Assembly: GCA_020536535.1 (NCBI GenBank) | Contig: JAHLWZ010000795.1 | Location: 1 to 64,000, forward strand | DNA from: Pelomyxa schiedti | Taxonomy: Eukaryota > Protista > Evosea | Reading direction: 5' to 3' | Length of the DNA stretch: 64,000 nucleotides | Part shown: positions 22,801 through 33,406 of the stretch, piece by piece | How positions within the stretch are numbered: the stretch's first letter is position 1 | Layout of the letters: the number at the start of each line of letters is the position of its first letter | The notes under the pieces: generated by a model | Told to the model about the DNA's origin: nothing | The model's input: the letters and a program-made list of their open reading frames with translations, nothing else | Databases searched by the model: none | Translations under genes and position numbers: made by a program

Positions 22801-24000
22801 GGAAATGTGGGCTCCTCTCCGAAGAGCATACAGTGCTTCACAACATTCCAACTCTTTCCCCTCAACGGTGGTGGGATGCACTCATACCCCAAGAGAATGG
22901 TATCCACGTCGGCATGGAGCAGCCACTGAGGCAGATGAGTGATGGAATTGCCGCGCAAGTCCAACTTTCGACATGTAATTCCTGTAAGCTGTTCTGGGAC
23001 CGCTTCCAAGGACAGTTGTGACAAGTTAACGGTCTTATCACCGACAGCTTGTGCGAGTATAAGCTCCGTGACTGCAGGCCAGTTCTTCACTTGAACCCAC
23101 CTCCGGAGTGCCACATTAGCAATTGAGCCCGCGCCAGAAGTATCTGTACTGAGATACTGCAATACACCCTGGACTGCTGACGGAGTCATCTCAGTGATGT
23201 CAAGAGCTGTTCCAAATTCAGGGGCCATCCCATTGTAGTCTATCCTTGGGACTTGTTGAAGTAAAAAAAAAAAACAAAGAAATTATGTGAATGGTTACCA
23301 TAACCTGGGACTCTTGCTGTTTCTAGAATTAACGAAATCAATAGCTCCAGAGAAGCAAGGTTATGTTCTGTACTCCACTGCATCAATTTGTAGGCATATA
23401 CCTATTTGACCACCAGGAATTAGCTACATAGACCGTAGACATAGAAAAGAAAAGAAAAAGCCCCACCTCCAAAGCCATTCCAAGTGCGGCACTCTTCATT
23501 TTCCTGCCATAACAAATCCCACAATCCACGAGCAGCAGGTTCCTGTTGTCACTAAAACCAGCCCCATAAACCGTCCTCAAATCCTCGGCTACATCGTCCG
23601 GCAATCTAATATCCGGCGACCTCACCATCGCCACAACAACAACAGATCTCGCTCCCCGTTTATTCGGTGCATCCTCAGGTCTCGCAGGTGGCAGCACCGC
23701 GCATTCCTTCCCATAACTCGATCCCGCCGCCCTCGTCTGCAGCCTCAGGGTCACTCCCGGGCCTGACGACGTGCTCCACATTCCCTTGGGGTCGTGGTCC
23801 GGCAGATTTACGGTACAGCATGAACAGCCGACGTCGCTCGTGCTCGGCGTCGGACGCGGCACCCCGATTTCGGCGAGGGCGTCGAACAGGGACTGCACGG
23901 AGGCGGGGTCGCCAATTAATATGCAATTCACCTCAAATGGCTCAAAGTGCTCTGAAACGATTGTACCTGGCTCGAGTTGACGTGGCGAGGAAGAGGTCAT
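19810..24000 (-). CDS. ROCO-like protein: degenerate small-GTPase-like N-terminus, LRR, degenerate Roc, COR, pseudokinase
   Basis: LRRs (VNLSQLSLEAVP, KLDLRGNSITHLP). Roc-position strand KLIIIGDNTILQAEFL lacks GKT. COR motifs GAIIHF..FVVLKLEWF, FPCPHCL, VAPELSF. Kinase lobes LRDVAKGLALLHSQHPPLIHGG, KTDVWNFG, RPSM. Confidence 0.75.
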
Positions 24001-24408
24001 TGAAGGCTCAATGGGTACATAAAATGGGAGAGTAAAATAAACTCCGGACCGTCGCGTATGCCGACAATGACGAGGTTAATCAGTGATCACTTGATTGCAA
24101 GTTGGTTGAAAAATTCTGGAAATTCAGCCATTTTTCCCTTTTTCTATTCTACAGACAGTTGCAGCTGAAATTTTTCGAGGGTTTGTTCAGAGATTTTACA
24201 CAATTTTTCGCACTTTCCCTCACAACAACCAATGAATGCTCTTCATTCCTTTGTTTCAATCCTGTTCCTCCCCTTGCTTTGCCCAGCATTACCATCCCCA
24301 CCTTGGGGTTGTCTGATCTGATTCTAGCATACCCAAACTGAAACTTGCAAGCCGACTCCGAAAACCTCGTCATCCTAGGCACACGCGACGGTCCGTCGAT
24401 TATTTTAA

Positions 24409-25716
24409 TCAGCCAAGTTTGTCAAAGCGAACGTCAGGGGGCAACAGAATGTTGAAGATTCCAACTTTCGAGGCAGATATGCCATCGTGAAGAGTGAACT
24501 GGATAGTCGCTGGGGAATGCTGGGAGGACTTGGCACTTCTGTGATTTGTTGAGAGGATGAGGCCTGACGAACTACTGGCCCTTACCCAGGTGCATGGAAC
24601 ATACAGCGATCGCTCTGAAAAGCTGTTTCCTGTGTGGTAGACTTGGAACTGCTTGGGATCCGGTAGCTCAACAACAAGGGCATGATTCTTGCCAATTGGT
24701 TTGGCTTTGATGTCGAAGGGTAATTCTGGAAAATACATGTCAGGCATGTCAGTTCTGCGATCCACCAAGTAGTATCTGGATTGCATAGTATGTAAAGCGC
24801 ATGGAGTTCCATCAGCGAGCCACATCACACCCACCGGGAAGGCACCACAGTGCGCAATTGCCAATATTGTCACCAACGTATTCCTTGTGAAGCTTGCTTC
24901 CAAATCGACAAATCTGATGTGGCCAACATTGCTCAGCACTATAGCGACATCATTGCACAACGGTGAGAATTTGAGCCAACTTTCTAGTGCTGGAATGTCA
25001 CCAAGGGAGTACTCTCCTTTTTGGTCTGGAGTATCATTTAGAAGCTTCCTGACATACAAGAAATCTCCCTTGACCCTTTTGAGCAAGCCCACAACCCAAG
25101 TCCTGTTGCACTTAACAGAACCCAACCAAGGTGCGGTGAAAAGGGTTGGCCCCAGTGAGAATGGTGACGGCGAACTGAGGTCCAGAATCGAGAAATCGTA
25201 TTCTCTTTCCGGATCAGTCTGTGAGCCTCTGCAACTCACCAACACCCTGGACAGCCCCACGCACCCACACACAATGAGCGATGGAGTCCTTTTAACTGCA
25301 CATCCAATCACCCCCAGAGTGGTATCTGACACAGTCACACACAACAGGTGCTTCGCCCGGAATGCCAACGGACTGATTGTGATATCACTGAACGGCAGCC
25401 GGAACAGGGAATCCCGTACCTTCCCAAACACCCACTCGTCGGCCCAAGTTCTCAGCAGCGTAGATGACTGTGCCCATTGAACCATCGACGATGCACAGGC
25501 CGGTATGGGACGGGTGCGCCGGCGCCGTCCCACAAGTCTGGCACAACAAACGGCAAGGACTTGGGCCTTGGCGGTGGTAACCACCGATGTCGCGGTTATT
25601 ATGGGAGAGGGTGGCTGAACATAATTCCCTTCTAACAGCAGCTGGTAGCGATACATTGCGAAGGGGTTTTCTTTTTGCCAATTGGACAAAACTGATCCAT
25701 CAGTTTCTGGGAACAC
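24409..25716 (-). CDS. Intronless hypothetical protein (435 aa), beta-rich C-terminal part
   Basis: Single long ORF starting at ATG with protein-like composition (WADEWV, CNRTWVVG). No known family recognised with confidence. Confidence 0.7.
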   Translation of the reverse strand: MFPETDGSVLSNWQKENPFAMYRYQLLLEGNYVQPPSPIITATSVVTTAKAQVLAVCCARLVGRRRRTRPIPACASSMVQWAQSSTLLRTWADEWVFGKVRDSLFRLPFSDITISPLAFRAKHLLCVTVSDTTLGVIGCAVKRTPSLIVCGCVGLSRVLVSCRGSQTDPEREYDFSILDLSSPSPFSLGPTLFTAPWLGSVKCNRTWVVGLLKRVKGDFLYVRKLLNDTPDQKGEYSLGDIPALESWLKFSPLCNDVAIVLSNVGHIRFVDLEASFTRNTLVTILAIAHCGAFPVGVMWLADGTPCALHTMQSRYYLVDRRTDMPDMYFPELPFDIKAKPIGKNHALVVELPDPKQFQVYHTGNSFSERSLYVPCTWVRASSSSGLILSTNHRSAKSSQHSPATIQFTLHDGISASKVGIFNILLPPDVRFDKLG

Positions 25717-25776
25717 CTGGTTTTTGTCTCTTATCGCAAGAGGAATCGATTCAAAAAGAAAAGCCAGATTTTGGGG

Positions 25777-27489
25777 ATGCGGTCGTTATTCGTGCTCATC
25801 GTGGCCGTTGTTTGTTGCGTGCAAGGTGTCACGATAAACCGCTGTAATTCGCAGAAGGCCACATCCACGGATTTCTGGTAGTGAATTTGTTCCTCTGGCT
25901 GTGCAATTGGGTTTTTGTCATAACTTTTCGGTCTCCTTGTTCAATTGCCAACTTCTTTTGAAGGTATACTGCACAGTTGGTGGACCACTTTGACCGAGAG
26001 AACACTGACACTTTTTCTCAGAGATATTGGGTAAATGACACGTACTGGACACCAGGGCAGCCCATTTTCCTCGCCTTTGCAGGAGAGGGTGATTTGAGTG
26101 AATTTTATGGCGTTACCAGCGGTATAATCGTTGATAATGCTGCGAGACACGGAGCTCTGTTGGTTTACCTCGAACACAGGTATGAGTCCTGCGTTTGTTT
26201 CTTTATTCAGCTGTCAAAAATTTCCTAAAACGAAGCAAAAATTACTAGGTATTATGGCCAAACTCAGCCTGAGGGAGACAATTTGTTATATGGTTCCTAC
26301 AAATTCTTGAATGCTGATCAGGCAATGGCAGATGCTGCCAGATTCCTGGAATGGTTATTTAGCGTGAATGGCCTACAAAGGGGCTCGACTAAGGTAATCT
26401 AATTTTATCTTCTGGAGACGTCTGAGTCCCTACAGGTTGTGGTATGGGGCTGCAGTTATTCCGGCATGCTCAGTGCCTGGTTTAGAATAAAATATCCGCA
26501 CATAGCACTTGCTGCCATTTCTGGAAGTGCCCCCGTCCTGGTTCCCTTCCCTTTTCTGTTTCTTCCCCATACCAACTTTTGCTAGGCCCAAGCCGACTTC
26601 CCTGAATTTGATGTTACTGTCCGACAAACACTTGGTGATAAATGCTCTACTGTTGTTCATGACGATATCTTCGGAGAAACTGAGACCAAGCTTCTGACTG
26701 AGGCAGGGAAGCGTGAACTGCACGCCCTCTTCCCAATTTGTGAGGAAGTGTTTGACGGTGTCAAACTTCTACGTGCCATGCAAGATGTTGTGGAGAACTG
26801 GGCGCAAGTATTTTTTTTCAACGAGGATATGCACACAAATAACAAATGCAAAACAGGGAAACAATCCCGACGCCGGGTTTCCAGCCGACGTGATGTGTGA
26901 TACTGTAGTTCGCACCATAGATCCCTTGCGTGAATTCGCACTTCTTGGCCAGAGCACTTACTGGGGCTCTTGCCTGGAAACAGATCCCTACCGCCACACT
27001 GGCACTGCAAGGAGCTGGTGGTTCCAGTCTTGTACAGAGTATGTAATACGTCTGTTTATATTCTTTTACCTAAAAAACTAAGGTATGGCTACTTCATGAC
27101 CAACTATGAGGCAAACCTGTTTTCTGATAATGTTACCCTTGAGTGGTATTTGGGTATGTGCGCATCAGAATTCGAGCAAACCTCTCTCGCTCCCGACACT
27201 GAATGGACCAACTGGGCCTATGGAGAATTGGAACCATCTGCCACAAACATCCTCTTCACTAATGGAAATTTCGACCCGTGGGCAAATCTGGGTCTGAAAT
27301 CTGTAGGGAACCTAATTACACATTTCCAGGCCTAACAAAATTCTTCAGGCGCCATCCAGTGGGATCCAGGTGGAACTCTATGATGCAGCACATTGTGCTC
27401 CATTCCACACACCAACAGATGAGGATCCAGACAACCTTGTAGCAACAAGACAAGCAATCTTTGACTTTGTTGATGCCGTTTTGGCTTGA
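25777..27489 (+). CDS. Secreted serine carboxypeptidase, family S28 (PRCP/DPP7-like)
   Basis: Signal peptide MRSLFVLIVAVVCCVQG; QLVDHF..TFSQRYW, GEG, LEHRY, LNADQAMAD; nucleophile GCSYSGMLSAWFRIKYP..SAPV; NGNFDPW; AHC. Confidence 0.92.
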
Positions 27490-27540
27490 GAACCACTCAA
27501 CAACACCACGCTTTGTGGAAATAAAAACATTTTTCTCTTC

Positions 27541-30141
27541 TCACATTAAAAGACATTTATCCTTAGTTGTGGTGTTTGCCTCCTTCAATTCCCTCAGTCT
27601 TCCCATTTCCAGCACGCAAGTACGAAATATCGACTCAACGAGATCCCTTTTTCCACATCAGACAAGGATTGAGGATGCAGTTGCATGCATACCTATCTTT
27701 GGCCGTGATTTCAAGGAAAGGACACCCATAGTGGATAGCACGGGCTTGTCCTTCTGCGGTACTGACTACGCGATCGGATTCCAAGTCACACTGTGGGATG
27801 GTGAGGCAACATAATTCATGAGTGAAGGTGGGTGAAAGAGGAGTTCACCTTGTTTCCGCATAGTACAACAGCTGGCCAACTGGGACCATATTCTGCTGGT
27901 AGGCTCCTTACTTTGGCCAAAACGCGCAGAACTTCTTCAGTTTCCACGAAAGATTTCCGGTCTGTGATTGAATAGACAAGAACTATTCCAGAGGCAGAGG
28001 TCATGAACTCTTGTGTCATTGCACAGTCGGGTAGGAAGGAAATCTTGGCTGAGGTATCCGCTGGGGCCCAGTCAAGAACATCCAACCTAAGGAGTTGATG
28101 AGCCTCAAACGGAGCGAGAAAGAACTAACTGACATAAATAGACCACCATAAATTTGCCACCTTTTACGATAAGAATCACAAATTGTTGGATCATACTCCT
28201 GGGCACTAGGCAGGGTCGGTATAAATAACGAAAAGAGGAGCTTTACAAGTGGCCACACATGAATTGAATCAAAATGGTGGACTGCAAACAAAAAAAAAAA
28301 AAAAAAGGTAAGCACAAAGTAACAGGAATTGGGTAAATACTTTTCCGACACCCATACACCCTATAAAATTGTTAGTAATTCATGGCTTCACTTTTCTAAC
28401 CTAAAGTGCAAATCTTGAGCTCAGTTTCTTGCCCATTTCTTTTACTTGAGGAAAGACTCTGTATCAACTTTTTTTTATGTGTAAAGACACCGGTTCTGTA
28501 GAAGGAGCTCTGGCGTTTCAAAAAATAGTAATAATCACGTATTGCCGTGGAGGCAGAAAGCAAGGTGGGTGATGAGGTCAATGAGTGCCAATCAACCCCA
28601 TTCTATTTGAATTAGTGCTTTGAAAGTATGTGGGACAGATACCAGCAATACTGTTATATGATTCTGCCATAAGAGGTTACTTGACGAGAATAGTCTCATT
28701 CTCTGTGAAACTCTCCCCACTCTTCCCAACTCAAAAGAACTTGTATTGTAGTGAATAGATAGATATTTGGGAGAAGGCCACATACGATAGAAACGAAAGA
28801 ATATGCGTTAAAACGTCATCTGGGAGTTTTTCAACCCAGCTCAACTCGCCAACCATCTCTATATTGATTGATGACACAAAGTACAAGTCTCCAATAGTTC
28901 CACATGGCCCAATACCCCCAAATATCCATGAACACCGGGATCCCTCCACCACTGTATGAAAGTATATTTCGGGAGAACCCTGTGGAGCAGAGACAGCCTC
29001 CCACGTGCCTGTTTCAGTTGAATATAACCAGGTTTCTTTCGAGATTCCTGTCTTTGAGTTTTTTGTGGTTCATGCTTGAGTAGTAGGTTGTTATTTTTGA
29101 GATGGGGTAATGTTTGTGGGATGAGTTACTATAATGAATCAAATCACAATTTGAGAGAAAAGAAGCATCCTCACCTTCGATTTTCCACCATGGAAGATAA
29201 TGACGTTGCCATTGATAAAACCTGCGATCCCTCTCATCAAACCGAGGGCAGGAAGAGGCTTTAATTCGTGCCATCTCAATGTATGGAAGTCAAGGCAAAA
29301 TAATGTTGGCCGGGTTGTGCTGTTTGTTGATGCTGTTGTAGTAATTACAAGGAGGAAGGAAAGGTCTCCACACACCAAATAAAATGAACCACTTTGTATC
29401 TGAGGATACAGAACAATGAAATGCCCGTGGTGGTGGAGAGTTTGAAGTCGGAACACTATCCCATGTGGAAGTCACAAGTGAAAAGCGATATATGTCTGAG
29501 GTAGCTCCACTTGAGGTATTACCTCCAAATACATAAATGCAATCCTGAGTAATATGTTGGACACTAATTTCTCTTTTGTGGATGGTGAAGGAGGGAAACA
29601 TTGTAAATAGTGCCAGAGTAGCCCCAAGCAGCAGGGGGTGTCATAGGAGATTCAGGAAGTAGATTCCAAACACCATCAGAGTAACACCACAGCTCATTTG
29701 TCAAAGAACCAAGGCAATTTCCCCCAAACATGTAAACATCCCCATGATATGTCACGCAACATGTTTGCTGCCTGCCTCTTGGCCACTTATTCTTCTTAGT
29801 TCCTCGTTTTTTCACCTTATCATGTCGTAACCCAGTTTTTTTTAAAAAAAGGGAAGTGACCTGAGACCAAGTTCTCGTTGACAAATTGAACTCGTGAGTG
29901 TCATCAAGTGAGGCTCCAGAGTCGTCAGTACCACCAAAAATCATCATGCTATCATTCCCACAATGAGCCGACACCTGGCATTCATCCCCCAGTCAACAAC
30001 GAGTGGAGCCAAACGAAGAGTAAGAAGACGAGAAAAAAAAAATTCATAAAGAATAAGGGATTCCACATGAGAATTTCTCCCTGGAGGAGTGTTGTCAAGT
30101 GCCACCTTGTCGAATCTAATCTCCATGGAATTAGTGCACAT
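27541..30141 (-). CDS. Kelch repeat, F-box, Ras-like GTPase fusion with CAAX tail
   Basis: About 5-6 Kelch repeats (PGRNSH..MIFGG, VYMFGG, IYVFGG, WIFGG). The last repeat shares an exon with F-box LPDDVLTHILSFLS. In-phase exons then give GCMGVGKS, EYDPTICDSYRK, GNKCD, EITAK and terminal CLLM*. Confidence 0.8.
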
Positions 30142-30180
30142 ACGTTTGATTGATCTCCTGTGATGGTTGGCCTGCGAACT

Positions 30181-30190
30181 GAACCGGTTC
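30181..30190. promoter_or_regulatory. 10-bp palindrome GAACCGGTTC in an ~89-nt divergent intergenic gap
   Basis: Lies between the ATGs at 30141 (-) and 30231 (+). Function is inferred. Confidence 0.3.
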
Positions 30191-30230
30191 CGCTTTCTCG
30201 TCCGTTGAAAAGGCACCACCCACAATCACA

Positions 30231-31583
30231 ATGAGCAGCGCCGCCCGCTCAGTTAAAGTGCCCAGCAACGTAAACAACGAGAGGTGCTCCCGCGTCACGG
30301 TGTACGTTGAGTCCGTAACGGCACTATGTGCAGGTGTGTGGATTGAGGATTGTGGGATAGGAAGAACAAGCCCTTTTTTTTTTTGACTTGTAGGCTGTTG
30401 TTGGTTTTGTTTGAATCAGGGATGCATCCAAGGGTTGGTGTGAACTCACTTGTGAACAAATTGACACCTTATTTGTGCCGTTATATTGCGTTGTGGATTA
30501 AACCGCAGTCAAATTCTCTTCCGGCCTTGAGTATATCAGTGCGGGTATGTCCTTCAAGGGGACATGTAGCACTAACAGTTGGTTTGTGGGATTTTGCAAT
30601 TAATACATTCTACTCACTCACTCTCTCTCTCTTTTTTTTTACCACCAACGCAATGCAGATGGTCATAATCTTCTTGGTAGAGGGAGCTGCATTGGATCTT
30701 TTGAGAGGTTGTTTCAGGGTATAGACAACACACAGTTGTATGAAAATGCTGTGCGGAGGGCCATAGACAACTTCATTCTCACCAACGCCCCTCTGGCTAT
30801 TGTGGCTTATGGGCCAGGAGGTTGTGGAAAAACCTACTCACTGTTTGGAAGGGGTGGTGACGGAGTTTTGTGGAATATTGCACGACACTTGCTTGAGCAC
30901 ACTGATGTCTTCACTACTCACTGCTATGAGTGGACAAAATTGAATCCCAAGAAAAACCTCACATTGGGGCTGGTGACAAATGAGCGAGAATTTGGCGATT
31001 TAGTGGCCAGAGCCATGCAGTTGCGGCAGGTATGACTGCATTCCCAATACTGAAATACACCCACTCTATCTATTGGGTTCACACATTGGCAGGTTGCCGC
31101 AACAAATATGAACTTTGCAAGCACCATCACCCCACTATTTGTGGAGTTTGTAATCCCGGGAAAAGCTCCACTTTTTGTTGTTGACCTGCCAGGCGTTTGC
31201 CGGCTGACAAAAACAGGCTCCGAAGGATCACTATTTAAACAACTTGTATCCTCAAATCAGGCATTGTCATCCTACACCCAGGTTCAGAACTTTCCCATTC
31301 ACCAAGGTGTCTACTAATGTGGTGTTTTTAACCAAACACTTTCTAGGTGTTACGCCAAATAGCCGTTGAGGCACCGTTTATAGCATACCGTTCTTCAGAA
31401 ATAGCTCGAGTACTGAAGGATCCAATTTTGTCCGGAAACACTGTGCTTCTGGCCCACATCTCACCAGATGACAACTACTTTGAGGAATCCTTTGCTGTTA
31501 TTAACCTCCTCTGCTCTTTGCAATCCAGTGATGCAACAAAACCAAAAAAGCCCCCAACCGTCACAAAGAATCGCAGATTGTGA
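30231..31583 (+). CDS. Divergent kinesin motor-domain protein
   Basis: IVAYGPGGCGKTYSLFG (P-loop), ATNMN, VVDLPG..SE, YRSSEIARVLKD..LLAHISP..EES. The switch I SSRSH motif is missing. Confidence 0.75.
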
Positions 31584-31622
31584 AGAATTAGAACATAAAA
31601 CATTTGTCTTTATTGTCTACTA

Positions 31623-33341
31623 CTACAAGGCATCACCAATCTCGGTCACATTGTCAAAGAGGAAAAACTGGAACTCCGACTTGGGCGGAGCGATGTCAAT
31701 GACGAGGAGCTGGTTTGTTGATGGTGCCGCAGAGCTACACACCATTCTCCTGAGTGGTGTCAGTATTGGGGTACCTGTTGTGTTTGAGTGGGGTGATGAC
31801 CACGAGGAAAAGAAAACAGATACCTACGACAGAACGACTTGTGGGCGCACCCCCAAGTTGGACGGGGAGGAATACTTTTCTTGAGCCTTGGCCCGCTCGT
31901 CGAACTATGGGACAACTAAAACCACACGCACATTGGGCCCCAATCAACACACACTGGCCTTCCTCGATAGATCAGGCCGTTGGCCTTTCGACACTGCCAT
32001 TGTTGCTTCAAACATTACATAGACATTAAGACCGCATCACTTCACCTGAAATTTACAGTTAGACTGGAATGGAGTTTTCCCGGCAACTTGACACAAATTG
32101 TCGTTGACATTGGGTGGCATCTTTCCTTGCAGCAATTGCAGTCACAATGTCTGTTGAATTGCCTGATTCTTGATGATACTCTGTGGTGGCAGGTCAGGTT
32201 TATTTGAGGAATTGCTTAGATACAAGGAACCACTGAGCCAAACACCGAGGTGGTTGTCCATTGGGGAGATTGAGATTTCAGTTGGCTTCCATAGGTAAAC
32301 TGGGTATGTCTCCTTTCTTTCTTATTCTTTCTTTTTCTTATTCTGGTTTTTTTTTGTTTCTTATATTTAGAACTGACAAACTCTTCTGCGCTTCTAGCTC
32401 TTCAGTGGCTCCTGCCAGAATAAGTTTGTACTAATACAGACGTGTTGGATGAACCTACTTGGTTGATCACCTTGCCTTGCTCAGACAAGTGCTCAATCCA
32501 CTTTTTTTTTTGTCACTGTCTACGCAAAAGATGTTAGTTAAGAAAGATGATAGTTCGATAGCTTCATCTTTCTTTGCCTCCGACGTGTCAGTATTATCCA
32601 CTTTCGAACAAGAAACGTGAGTAACTCATGAAAGTATGCTAGGTGTCTAACTCTAAGCGCTTCAATCGGTTGAAGGTCGTTGTTTTATCTGTTTCAGTGA
32701 GTTCTTCATTCATCTCTGCTTGTGGTAGAAGGCTCCGTTGAAACAAGAGAATTGGCTGTACTGGTAGTAGGACTTGGCTGAATGTCCTGGCTTAGCGTAT
32801 TTGAGTCAACACAGGTCCAGTTAGTGGTGGTATCGCAGTTATCAAAGGAGTGCAATCACTTGACGCGCAGGTTTTACTGGTTTTGGAGAAGAGGCTCTTG
32901 TACTTCGTGCGTGGGCGCTTGGCAGGGGTGGGTGCTGGGTCCACAACACCCCCATGTCCGAGTATTTCCCACAACCTCCACACAGGACGGCACAGTATTT
33001 GTAACGTTTATTTGCATGTCTGTATGTGTGGTATGTGGTCTGCAATTCTGGATGGAAGAACAGCTGGGGTCTTAATACAGCATTCTTGGATATTCCATCG
33101 TGAACAAGAGCAGGGCAAGTAAAGTGGAAAGCCTTGAATGTTCCTCCCAACACACACTTAATCTAAGAACTTGGAATTTGAGAGTTTGGGCTCAACTCTG
33201 ACTTCATTGGGTTGGTGCAAGCACGGCAAAAGCATGGTAATCGATGCCTCTATGAAAATGGAGGAGAATGCACCTTGGGTCACGGAGGAACGAGGAACAA
33301 CAAGGGCACGTTATTTGCGCGATGAGTCTGTTTGGGTCCAT
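31623..33341 (-). CDS. Hypothetical multi-exon protein with RING-like N-terminus
   Basis: MDPNRLIAQITCPCCSSFL..LLPCLH..TCP. Many minus-strand GT-AG introns. The exon chain is not fully resolved. Confidence 0.4.
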
Positions 33342-33371
33342 CACTTCCACGAAGCAGTAATAAACTAAACC

Positions 33372-33379
33372 TCACGTGA
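33372..33379. promoter_or_regulatory. TCACGTGA palindrome (E-box/G-box-like) in a ~65-nt divergent gap
   Basis: Lies between the ATGs at 33341 (-) and 33407 (+); ATTGG (reverse CCAAT) is nearby. Confidence 0.3.
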
Positions 33380-33406
33380 AGCAATCTTTGGTTTATTGGG
33401 CCGAAA

